Both the position numbers and the translations under genes were made by a program. Positions 10,953-19,244 of a stretch of DNA of 64,000 nucleotides are shown here, piece after piece (the stretch's first letter is position 1; each line of letters opens with the position of its first letter). Source of the stretch: Erysipelothrix sp. (GTDB taxonomy: Bacteria; Bacillota_I; Bacilli_A; Erysipelotrichales; Erysipelotrichaceae); contig DUUI01000043.1 of NCBI GenBank assembly GCA_012841625.1, positions 5,151-69,150 of the forward strand, in the 5' to 3' direction. The notes below the pieces were generated by a model. It was given only the letters and a program-made list of their open reading frames with translations, made no database searches and was not told where the DNA came from.

Positions 10953-11198
10953 CTTGTCCTTCCTTAGAGCATTCATTAGCCATGTAATCAGACTTCCTAA
11001 GATATAACTTAAGAAGATAACGACAACTAATGGTGCTTGTATCTTAGCAAATAATAAGTTAACTTCAACTTGATTGAAGTTTAACATCATGAATACTAGG
11101 ATGAAGATAATTAGAATAATTAGTAATATTTGTTTAAACGTTATATATGTCTCTTTTTTGGGTTCTTCAACAGCAATAGGTTTATTTTCAGTCTCCAT
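10947..11198 (-). CDS. Small membrane protein, LapA/DUF1049-like
   Basis: 83 aa with two TM helices flanking FNQVEVNLLFAKIQAPL; basic C-terminus. Confidence 0.5.
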   Translation of the reverse strand: METENKPIAVEEPKKETYITFKQILLIILIIFILVFMMLNFNQVEVNLLFAKIQAPLVVVIFLSYILGSLITWLMNALRKDKE

Positions 11199-11234
11199 TT
11201 GTCATCCCTCTCTTTGAAAACATTATAACATAAG

Positions 11235-11762
11235 CTAAATGTAGAGTTGATACTTTTCAACTTTTGTTTTCTGAGGTTTCTGATACAGAATTATTCTATT
11301 CTGCTTCAAACTTTTTTGAACATCAATAACACGTTGATTACTCGATCCTTTATAATCCAATGCCAATGATCTTTTGCTTAAAATAAATCGCCCATCAACA
11401 ACAACATCTAATTGTTTTAAGAACTCTTTTTTAAGTGGATCTTTAAGTAAATCATCAAATAAATAACCGGTATAAGACCAGAGATTATAATCATTTTCTC
11501 TAAGTTCTTTAGCAATTATGCCACAGGCTTTTGCTTGTTCAAATGGTTCACCACCTGAGAACGTAACAGATTTATTAGAAGACTCAAGAAATTGTTGAAT
11601 AATCTCTTGAGTCGATTTAATATCTCCCGCATCGACTGACCATGTTTCTGGATTATGACATCCTGGGCAATGGTGTGAGCATCCTTGAACAAACAATGTA
11701 TTTCTTAAGCCTGGGCCATCTACGATACTATCGTAGGTGATTGAGGCTATCCGAATATCCAT
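11235..11762 (-). CDS. nrdG: Anaerobic ribonucleoside-triphosphate reductase activating protein (radical SAM)
   Basis: VDGPGLRNTLFVQGCSHHCPGCHNPETW cluster motif. Its start abuts the nrdD stop (TAAATG). Confidence 0.9.
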   Translation of the reverse strand: MDIRIASITYDSIVDGPGLRNTLFVQGCSHHCPGCHNPETWSVDAGDIKSTQEIIQQFLESSNKSVTFSGGEPFEQAKACGIIAKELRENDYNLWSYTGYLFDDLLKDPLKKEFLKQLDVVVDGRFILSKRSLALDYKGSSNQRVIDVQKSLKQNRIILYQKPQKTKVEKYQLYI

Positions 11763-14123
11763 TTACTTAACGTTATGCTTAACGCGATCTTTTTCTTCGT
11801 TTTGTTTTGCGTTATTGAAACGATCAACTGTTCCAACTAGGTATCCAGTAATGCGTCTAATTCTTTCAATATGTTCATCAGCTGGACGACCACATTGTGG
11901 ACATTCATCATTAATGATTCCTGTATAACCACAAACAGCATCGCGATCGACTGGGTGGTTGATTGCTCCATAACCAATTCCAGCTTTCTTCATCGTTCTG
12001 ACAACTTCCATAAAGGCTTCAACATTATTTGAAGTGTCTCCATCTAGTTCTACATATGAGATATGACCCGCATTAGTTAATGCATGGTAAGGAGCTTCTT
12101 TATAAAGTTTGTCATGAGCTGAGATTTCATAATAAACAGGAATATGGAATGAATTTGTATAATACTCGCGATCTGTAATACCTTCTATGTTACCAAAGAT
12201 TGATTTATCAATTTGAACAAAGCGACCAGATAGACCTTCTGCCGGAGTCGCAATTAATGAGAAGTTTAATTGTGTTTCATCTTTAAACTCATCAATTCGA
12301 TTCTTCATATGATTCACAATTTCAAGACCTTTTTGTTGTGCTTGATCACTTTCGCCATGGTGAACACCCATCATCGATTTTAAGCATTCAGCAAGTCCAA
12401 TGAATCCACAAGTTAAAGTACCAGTTTTTAAGACTTCTCTTAATTCATCATTAGCTCCAAGATTTTTAGAATTCTTCCAAACACCTTGGCCCATTAAGAA
12501 TGGGAAGTTATAGACTTTCTTATTCGCTTGAATTTCAAAACGTGCTAACAATTGATCCCTAACAAGTTCTAGCAAATCATCCAACTCATTATAGAAACCA
12601 TCCCAATCAGGTTTATCATTTAATAAGAGACCATGTTTTATACCTAAACGAGGTAAATTAATTGAAGTAAACGATAAGTTACCACGCCCTGTCACCACTT
12701 CATTAGTAGGATCAGTTACATCACCAATAACACGTGTTCTACACCCCATATAGGTAATCTCAGTATTGAAGTTACCAGGTTTATAGTAAGGAATATTAAA
12801 TGGTGCATCAATAAACGAGAAATTAGGGAATAAGCGCTTCGCACTTACTTCACATGAAAGTTTAAATAAATCATAGTTAGGATCTTCTTCAAAATAACTC
12901 ACACCCTCTTTAATCTTAAAGATAGAAATAGGGAAGATAGGAGTTTCACCTTTACCTAAACCAGCATCTAAAGCTAGTAAGTAATTCTTAGTCACCATAC
13001 GACCTTCAGGTGATACATCAGTACCAAAGTTAATTGAACTAAAAGGCACTTGAGCACCAGCACGTGAATGCATCGTGTTTAAGTTATGAATAAATGCTTC
13101 CATCGCTTGGTAAGTAATACGATTTGTCTTAGCCATCGCAATCTCTTTAGCTTTGGTAAACAAATCTAAATGAGAAGGGAAGTCTTCATGAACACCTGAT
13201 AAGTCAAAATCAATGGTTGTTAAATCATCAACTTTACTAACCAATAACTCCATATTTAAATCAACATCATTTAAGGATACTTGATCAGAAATAATTTGTT
13301 TGAACTGGCGCTTAAATGTATTAAGAACCCCAGGGGCCATATAATAATCAAAGGCAGGAATTGATTGTCCACCATGTTGATCATTTTGATTTGACTGAAT
13401 CGCAATCGCAGCCAAAGCGGTATAAGCCATAATATCTTTTGGTTTTCTTAAATGGCCATGGCCTGTTGAGAAACCATTCTTAAACAATGCTTCTAAATCA
13501 ATTTGACTACAAGTAGTTGTACCCATTGGTAAGAAATCCATGTCATGAATATGAATTTGTCCTGAGTCATGAGCTGCTGCATGAGTTGGCTCAACTAAAT
13601 ATGATTTAGAAAACTCCTTGGCAATAGTACTTCCATATTGAAGCATCATGCCCATAGCACCATCGCCATTAATGTTTGCGTTCTCACGCTTAGAATCTTC
13701 CTCAGCTGCATCCTTAATAGTTAATTGTTCAATCGCCTTAAGGAATTTGTGTTGCTTCGAGAAAAACACACGACGACTTTCATTGCGTCTTAATCGATAC
13801 TGTGAAAATGATTCATACACATCATCATACCCCTGTTTTAAAAGTTGTTTTTCGATGATGTCTTGAATTTCCTCGATCGCAATCTGTGGAGATTCTTTAA
13901 CTTGTACCTCAATTTGTTCCATAACCTTTAAGAAAACAAAATGGGAATCGGCAGCGCTGTAATCGCTATTTGTTATACTATCAAAGCCTTTCTTAATCGC
14001 AACTGCGATTTTCTCTGGCTGGAAAGTGTCCTTTTTATTATTTCTTTTTACTATCACTATTTCAGATTGGTCAAAATCATGAAATATAGGACTGCGATAT
14101 TCTTCATTTTGGTGTAAACTCAT
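11763..14123 (-). CDS. nrdD: Anaerobic ribonucleoside-triphosphate reductase (class III, glycyl radical), with N-terminal ATP-cone
   Basis: ATP-cone VIVKRNNKKDTFQPEKI. C-terminal Zn ribbon CGYTG...CPQCG. Glycyl radical motif RRITGYLVG. 786 aa. Confidence 0.93.
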   Translation of the reverse strand: MSLHQNEEYRSPIFHDFDQSEIVIVKRNNKKDTFQPEKIAVAIKKGFDSITNSDYSAADSHFVFLKVMEQIEVQVKESPQIAIEEIQDIIEKQLLKQGYDDVYESFSQYRLRRNESRRVFFSKQHKFLKAIEQLTIKDAAEEDSKRENANINGDGAMGMMLQYGSTIAKEFSKSYLVEPTHAAAHDSGQIHIHDMDFLPMGTTTCSQIDLEALFKNGFSTGHGHLRKPKDIMAYTALAAIAIQSNQNDQHGGQSIPAFDYYMAPGVLNTFKRQFKQIISDQVSLNDVDLNMELLVSKVDDLTTIDFDLSGVHEDFPSHLDLFTKAKEIAMAKTNRITYQAMEAFIHNLNTMHSRAGAQVPFSSINFGTDVSPEGRMVTKNYLLALDAGLGKGETPIFPISIFKIKEGVSYFEEDPNYDLFKLSCEVSAKRLFPNFSFIDAPFNIPYYKPGNFNTEITYMGCRTRVIGDVTDPTNEVVTGRGNLSFTSINLPRLGIKHGLLLNDKPDWDGFYNELDDLLELVRDQLLARFEIQANKKVYNFPFLMGQGVWKNSKNLGANDELREVLKTGTLTCGFIGLAECLKSMMGVHHGESDQAQQKGLEIVNHMKNRIDEFKDETQLNFSLIATPAEGLSGRFVQIDKSIFGNIEGITDREYYTNSFHIPVYYEISAHDKLYKEAPYHALTNAGHISYVELDGDTSNNVEAFMEVVRTMKKAGIGYGAINHPVDRDAVCGYTGIINDECPQCGRPADEHIERIRRITGYLVGTVDRFNNAKQNEEKDRVKHNVK

Positions 14124-14447
14124 TTCTTTTCCCCTTTCATGTATGCCCTTTTATGATAGGACAATTCATCACCTCTTTCAATAAAAATTACAAAAATTAC
14201 AAATATAACATTAATAAAACAACGTATAACATTAAACACAATCAAAGAAAATGGTTTCATCAAAAAACGTCAATATAATAATAGTGATTTATGCCATCTA
14301 CACCAGATCACAACAAACCTCCTTGTTTGTTAATCAAGTTACTTATAAAGCTTTAAACATTTACATATATTTCTCATTAAATTCCTCCCAAGATATGTAT
14401 AAGTTTATCGTTTTATGATATGATTAAACCAAATAAGGGGTGAATAT

Positions 14448-14663
14448 ATGATAATAATTAGACTAGACCGAGTTATGGCCGATCGTAAGATGACACTTCG
14501 AAAGCTTGCGATGGAAGTAGGAATCTCAGAAGTGAACCTATCAAGATTGAAAACAGGAGCCGTTAAATCGATTCGATTTGACACACTAAACAAACTGTGT
14601 AAGGTACTAGATTGTCATCCAAAAGATATTCTTGAGTTCAGATGGGATGATGAGGATTTATGA
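14448..14663 (+). CDS. Small XRE/Cro-type helix-turn-helix regulator (YozG-like)
   Basis: 71 aa. MTLRKLAMEVGISEVNLSRLKTGAVKSIRFDTLNKLCKVLDC is a canonical HTH_XRE. RBS AAGGGGTG upstream. Confidence 0.8.
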   Translation: MIIIRLDRVMADRKMTLRKLAMEVGISEVNLSRLKTGAVKSIRFDTLNKLCKVLDCHPKDILEFRWDDEDL

Positions 14664-15130
14664 CCAAGAAAGTGGTATCAATTTGTAATGGTAAACTAAT
14701 TCCATTACGGATGGTGAGTGACAAAATCTTTTCTCAAAGGTTAGCAGGAGATGGGATTGGCATTGTACCATATGATTCAAAGTTTGTATCACCAGTTGAT
14801 GGCGTCGTAAAAATAATGATGAAGGGCGGCCATTCAATGGTAATTGAACAAGAAGATGGAGCAAACATAATGGTTCACATCGGTATTCAAACTGTTAACT
14901 TGAATGGTGCTGGAATCACTAGTCACATCAAGAAAGGTCAGAAGGTAAAAGTTGGAGACCTACTAGCAGAGATTGATTTAGAATTTATGCAATCAAGAAA
15001 AATTGATTTAACTAGTGTCGTCTTAGTAATGGATCCACGGGATGTAAAAAATCTTACGACCAATGATCGAGGATCAGCTGCATCAGGTAGAACAGTAATT
15101 ATTGAATACGAAGGGGTTGTAACGAAATAG
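14660..15130 (+). CDS. Stand-alone PTS EIIA(Glc)-family (Crr-like) domain protein
   Basis: GDGIGIVP...PVDGVV...GHSMVIE...IMVHIGIQTVNLNG matches the EIIA-Glc core with both His residues. ATGA overlap with the XRE gene. Confidence 0.8.
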   Translation: MTKKVVSICNGKLIPLRMVSDKIFSQRLAGDGIGIVPYDSKFVSPVDGVVKIMMKGGHSMVIEQEDGANIMVHIGIQTVNLNGAGITSHIKKGQKVKVGDLLAEIDLEFMQSRKIDLTSVVLVMDPRDVKNLTTNDRGSAASGRTVIIEYEGVVTK

Positions 15131-15151
15131 AAAGTTAAATTAACTCTCTAT

Positions 15152-15173
15152 GGAGCTGCGGCTCCTTTTCTTT
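15152..15173 (+). terminator. Terminator after the EIIA gene
   Basis: GGAGC-tgcg-GCTCC then TTTTCTTT. Confidence 0.65.
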
Positions 15174-15284
15174 ACTGTATGGTTACTTATGATTCTCACT
15201 TCCTGATTTCTTTTACCAAGTCATAGAATTGAAAAGGATAATACCAAGGATAGAGACTCAGCAACTTCAGGTACAAGGATTGAA

Positions 15285-15311
15285 ATAGAGTAGAAAAAAC
15301 TACTCTATTTT
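15285..15311 (+). terminator. Orphan terminator-like hairpin with no annotated gene upstream
   Basis: ATAGAGTAG (15285-15293) pairs with CTACTCTAT (15300-15308), then TTT. It lies about 110 nt after the previous terminator. Confidence 0.4.
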
Positions 15312-15335
15312 AATGATTGAGTGTTTATTAAAAGA

Positions 15336-15349
15336 TGATAACGCTACCA
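15336..15349 (+). promoter_or_regulatory. Candidate cre (CcpA) site upstream of the pfl promoter
   Basis: TGATAACGCTACCA matches TGWNANCGNTNWCA with one mismatch (position 12). It lies 14 nt upstream of the -35. Confidence 0.35.
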
Positions 15350-15362
15350 TAGATAATAATGC

Positions 15363-15391
15363 TTGAATATTCCAAATAGGTGACTTACAAT
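15363..15391 (+). promoter_or_regulatory. SigA-type promoter of the pfl operon
   Basis: TTGAAT (15363-15368), 17 nt spacer, TACAAT (15386-15391). RBS GGAGGTG before ATG 15423. Confidence 0.5.
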
Positions 15392-15422
15392 AAGTTAGCC
15401 GTACGTAACTTGGAGGTGCGCG

Positions 15423-16139
15423 ATGATTGGAAGAATACACTCAATGGAATCATTTGGAACAGTAGATGGGCCTGGTGTTCGTTTTGTGCTGTTTCTACAA
15501 GGTTGCCCTCTAAGATGCTTATACTGTCACAATCCAGACTCTTGGAATGCTGAAGCAGGAAAAGAAATGACCAGTGACCAAATCGTAACAGAAGTCATGA
15601 AATACAAATCATATATAAAAAACGGAGGAATCACAATCAGTGGTGGTGAACCCCTCCAACAAATAGATTTTGTGATTGAAGTCTTTACGAAATTAAAAGA
15701 ATTAGGAATACACACAGCAGTTGATACTTCTGGTGCACTATTCAATCAATTCACTGAAAAAGTATACGATCGATTATTAGAAGTGACAGACTTATTCTTA
15801 TTGGATTTAAAACATATTAATTCCGATAAACATGAAGAATTAACAAAAGTTAAGAATGAAAACATTCTAAACTTCGCCAGATATCTTAGCGATAAGAAAC
15901 ATCCAGTATGGATCAGACATGTTCTTGTTCCAGGATATACTGATGACCTTAAGGATCTGACAGAATTAAGACAATTTATTGACACCTTAGAAAATGTAGA
16001 AAAAGTAGAAATACTTCCCTACCATGTCATGGGCGTTAATAAATACAAACAAATGGGGTTAACCTATCCACTCGAAGGCTTAGAACCACCAACACAACAA
16101 AGTATTTCCCAAGCATATGATATCGTGGTGAAACAATGA
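15423..16139 (+). CDS. pflA: Pyruvate formate-lyase activating enzyme (radical SAM)
   Basis: ESFGTVDGPGVRFVLFLQGCPLRCLYCHNPDSW plus GGITISGGEP. 238 aa. Confidence 0.92.
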   Translation: MIGRIHSMESFGTVDGPGVRFVLFLQGCPLRCLYCHNPDSWNAEAGKEMTSDQIVTEVMKYKSYIKNGGITISGGEPLQQIDFVIEVFTKLKELGIHTAVDTSGALFNQFTEKVYDRLLEVTDLFLLDLKHINSDKHEELTKVKNENILNFARYLSDKKHPVWIRHVLVPGYTDDLKDLTELRQFIDTLENVEKVEILPYHVMGVNKYKQMGLTYPLEGLEPPTQQSISQAYDIVVKQ

Positions 16140-16411
16140 AAAAAATAGCATTAATACAAACCGACAGCTGTGTCAGCTGTATCAGTCTAGAACATGAAGT
16201 CCTCTCAGTCATGGATAAATTCAAAGAAGTAAGTTTATCCGTCTACAGAACACAGGAAGAGGCACAAGAAATTGTCGATAAATACCAGGTCGAAAAACTA
16301 CCCAGCCTACTTCTCTTAGATAATGATCAATTATTAGGACAAGTAACAGGGTACCAACCTGCATTTATATTAGAAGTTTGGTTAGAAAATTTATTAAAGG
16401 AAGGAAGATAA
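16136..16411 (+). CDS. Thioredoxin-fold protein with CxxC motif
   Basis: 91 aa. [13 protein letters not shown] (C-V-S-C), then a KLPSLLLL cis-Pro-like element and a G near the C-terminus. ATGA overlap with pflA; its stop is 1 nt before the pflB GTG. Confidence 0.6.
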   Translation: MKKIALIQTDSCVSCISLEHEVLSVMDKFKEVSLSVYRTQEEAQEIVDKYQVEKLPSLLLLDNDQLLGQVTGYQPAFILEVWLENLLKEGR

Positions 16412-16412
16412 A

Positions 16413-18404
16413 GTGAAACAGTATCAGGGATTCAACGAAGGAAAATGGGTTAAAGAAATTGACGTCAGAGATTTTATCATTCAGAACTATACTCTTTATG
16501 AAGGAAATGATGAATTCTTAGAAGGCCCAACAGAAGCAACAAATCAATTATGGAAACAAGTAACAGAACTTAACAAACAAGAAACAGAAGCAGGCGGAGT
16601 ACTAGACGCCGACACATCCTTAGTCTCAACCGTAAGCTCACACGCAGCAGGTTACCTAAATCAAGACTTAGAAAAAATTGTAGGCTTCCAAACAGATAAA
16701 CCATTCAAACGCTCACTCCAACCATTTGGAGGCATTAGAATGTCAGAACTAGCACTTGAGGCTTATGGATTTAAATTAGACGAAGAAGTAAAACACATCT
16801 TTACTGACTACAGAAAAACCCATAACCAAGGTGTTTTCGATGCTTACACAGATGAAATTAAAGCAGCACGACGCACAGGCGTTATTACCGGACTACCGGA
16901 TGCTTATGGACGCGGACGAATTATAGGAGACTACCGCCGAGTAGCACTATACGGAATAGATAAACTAATTGAAGAAAAGCAACACGATTTAAGAATGCGA
17001 AATGGTGTCATGGACGCCGACACAATCCGTGACCGCGAAGAAATCAGTGAACAAATTCGTGCTCTAAAAGATTTAAAGACTATGGCAGCATCATACGGAA
17101 TTGATATATCACAACCAGCCAACAATGCACAAGAAGCCATTCAATTTACATACTTTGGATATCTAGGAGCCATTAAACAACAAAATGGAGCCGCCATGAG
17201 CTTAGGCCGTGTCTCAACATTCCTAGATATTTATATCGAAAGAGATCTAAAAAACGGAACTCTAACAGAGTCACAAGCTCAAGAACTAATCGACCACTTC
17301 GTGATGAAGCTACGCTTAGTTAAATTCATGAGAACTCCAGACTATAATGATTTATTCAGCGGAGATCCAACATGGGTCACCGAATCAATCGGAGGAGTCG
17401 GACTAGATGGAAGACCTCTTGTCACTAAAAACTCATTCAGATTCCTACATACTCTATATAATTTAGGACCAGCTCCAGAACCAAACCTAACTGTTCTATG
17501 GTCAACACAACTACCGCACGAATTCAAGAAATTCTGTGCCAAAGTTTCAATCGAAACATCATCAATTCAATATGAAAACGATGACTTAATGAGAATCGAT
17601 ATGGGAGACGACTACGGAATCGCATGCTGTGTTTCACCACTTAAGATTGGTAAAGATATGCAATTCTTTGGTGCACGCGCAAACCTTGCTAAAGCATTGT
17701 TATACGCAATCAACGGCGGAAAAGACGAAAAATCAAAAGCACAAGTTGCTCCAATGTTTGCTCCAATCACATCAGAAGTTCTAGACTTTGATGAGGTTAT
17801 GGTTAAATATGATCAAGTCCTAGACTGGTTAGCACGAGTTTATACAAGTGCACTAAATATTATTCACTACATGCACGATAAATATTCATATGAATCACTT
17901 CAAATGAGTTTACACGATAGTGACGTCAGACGCTTCTTTGCGACAGGAATCGCAGGACTATCAGTCGTTGCCGATTCATTATCAGCTATTAAATACGCAA
18001 AAGTTAAACCAATCTACGAAGATGGTCTAGCCATTGATTTTGAGATTGAAGGAGAATATCCTCAATACGGAAATAATGATGACCGAGTCGATGAATTAGC
18101 TGTAGATTTAGTCAAGAGATTCATGGATAAAATTCGTAAACAACCAACATATCGCGAATCAATTCAAACCATGTCAGTTCTAACCATTACATCGAATGTT
18201 GTCTATGGTAAGAAAACAGGCGCAACTCCAGACGGACGAAAAGCCGGAGTCGCATTTGCCCCAGGAGCCAATCCAATGCATGGACGCGATAAAACTGGAG
18301 CCTTAGCATCACTTGAATCAGTCAGTAAATTACCATTTGAACATGCTAGAGATGGAATTTCAAACACCTTCTCAATTGTTCCAGATTCATTAGGAAAGGA
18401 GTAA
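16413..18404 (+). CDS. pflB: Pyruvate formate-lyase, large fragment; ends immediately before the glycyl-radical domain
   Basis: [26 protein letters not shown] N-terminus. Catalytic GIACCVSP (Cys-Cys). Ends ...[13 protein letters not shown] where full-length PFLs continue. GTG start after RBS AAGGAAGG. Confidence 0.9.
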   Translation: MKQYQGFNEGKWVKEIDVRDFIIQNYTLYEGNDEFLEGPTEATNQLWKQVTELNKQETEAGGVLDADTSLVSTVSSHAAGYLNQDLEKIVGFQTDKPFKRSLQPFGGIRMSELALEAYGFKLDEEVKHIFTDYRKTHNQGVFDAYTDEIKAARRTGVITGLPDAYGRGRIIGDYRRVALYGIDKLIEEKQHDLRMRNGVMDADTIRDREEISEQIRALKDLKTMAASYGIDISQPANNAQEAIQFTYFGYLGAIKQQNGAAMSLGRVSTFLDIYIERDLKNGTLTESQAQELIDHFVMKLRLVKFMRTPDYNDLFSGDPTWVTESIGGVGLDGRPLVTKNSFRFLHTLYNLGPAPEPNLTVLWSTQLPHEFKKFCAKVSIETSSIQYENDDLMRIDMGDDYGIACCVSPLKIGKDMQFFGARANLAKALLYAINGGKDEKSKAQVAPMFAPITSEVLDFDEVMVKYDQVLDWLARVYTSALNIIHYMHDKYSYESLQMSLHDSDVRRFFATGIAGLSVVADSLSAIKYAKVKPIYEDGLAIDFEIEGEYPQYGNNDDRVDELAVDLVKRFMDKIRKQPTYRESIQTMSVLTITSNVVYGKKTGATPDGRKAGVAFAPGANPMHGRDKTGALASLESVSKLPFEHARDGISNTFSIVPDSLGKE

Positions 18405-18408
18405 TCAG

Positions 18409-18642
18409 ATGTCTAGTAAAGTAGAAAACTTAGTTACACTCATTGATGGGTACGTTGAAAATGGAGGTCATCACTTAAATGTGAACGTCTTTGACAAAAA
18501 GACACTCCTAGATGCTCAACAACATCCAGAAAAATATCCACAACTAACAATTCGTGTTTCAGGTTATGCCGTTAACTTCAATAAACTTACAAAAGAACAA
18601 CAAGATGAAGTTATCGCCAGAACAATGCATGAATCAGTCTAA
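18409..18642 (+). CDS. Autonomous glycyl-radical domain protein (PFL C-terminal domain, GrcA/YfiD-like)
   Basis: 77 aa with [10 protein letters not shown]...[26 protein letters not shown], containing the RVSGYAV glycyl radical motif. ATG lies 7 nt after AGGAG embedded in the last pflB codons, in the +1 frame. Confidence 0.8.
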   Translation: MSSKVENLVTLIDGYVENGGHHLNVNVFDKKTLLDAQQHPEKYPQLTIRVSGYAVNFNKLTKEQQDEVIARTMHESV

Positions 18643-18657
18643 TTAAACAAATGAAAA

Positions 18658-18683
18658 GAGAGCTAGAATTAGCCCTCTTTTTT
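18658..18683. terminator. Bidirectional terminator between the pfl operon and the cupin gene
   Basis: GAGAGCTA-gaat-TAGCCCTC (one mismatch) flanked by AAAA and TTTTTT. Confidence 0.65.
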
Positions 18684-19104
18684 AGTGTTCATTAGGATCA
18701 TTGATTGCATCTTCATGAGTAACATGAACAGTTCCAGGTAAATGATCAGGACCTGCATATAAAGCATAAAGTTTCAAAGGTTCATCACCAATATTGATAA
18801 CATTATGCCACATATCAGCTGGTACCATAATCGCAAAGTCATCTTCAACCTCGACCTCAAAATCTAAGTTATCTTCAGAAGGACCCATCTGGCATAATCC
18901 TTTACCACTCTCAATTCTCAAAAACTGGTCAATTCCATGATGAACCTCTAATCCAATATCATCCCCAGGCTGAATGCTCATTAAAGTTAATTGCATCTTC
19001 TCACCTGTCCAAACAGTTGTCCTGTAATTGTTATTATCTTGAGTCCAAGAATCAATATTCTCAACAACTGGCTTCTTACCTCTATCTGTAAAATCAAATG
19101 ACAT
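18682..19104 (-). CDS. Cupin domain protein
   Basis: The cupin metal motif is GLEVHHGIDQFLRIESG. A second motif, MVPADMWHNVIN, follows it. The start was refined to MSFDF (ATG 19104), preceded by AGGAGG at 9 nt; the track start 19143 lacks an RBS. Confidence 0.75.
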   Translation of the reverse strand: MSFDFTDRGKKPVVENIDSWTQDNNNYRTTVWTGEKMQLTLMSIQPGDDIGLEVHHGIDQFLRIESGKGLCQMGPSEDNLDFEVEVEDDFAIMVPADMWHNVINIGDEPLKLYALYAGPDHLPGTVHVTHEDAINDPNEH

Positions 19105-19131
19105 AATAAATGTCCTCCTTCGTTCAATAGA

Positions 19132-19164
19132 ATTATAGCACAATTGATAATGATAATCATTATT
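19132..19164 (-). promoter_or_regulatory. Cupin-gene promoter (extended -10 TGCTATAAT) overlapped by a Fur box
   Basis: The minus strand reads TGCTATAAT at 19132-19140. On the plus strand, 19146-19164 reads GATAATGATAATCATTATT. That matches the classical Fur box GATAATGATAATCATTATC at 18 of 19 positions and covers the spacer and -35. Confidence 0.6.
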
Positions 19165-19244
19165 AATCGGTTAACCCTAAATATTTGCTATAAGTGTGTA
19201 AAAATGATATAATTCTAACGCGTAAAACTTGAAAGGAGACAACT

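Noticed and set aside
14184-14235. NrdR boxes upstream of nrdD.
   Set aside because: I tried to align the repeats to the 16-bp NrdR palindrome (acaCwAtATaTwGtgt) on both strands and could not get an acceptable match. The repeats are reported only as unexplained direct repeats.
18394-18412. The pflB / radical-domain junction as a programmed +1 frameshift site.
   Set aside because: There is no slippery sequence or stimulatory structure. A canonical SD-ATG reinitiation signal explains the arrangement better. The sequencing-error alternative is discussed in the finding.
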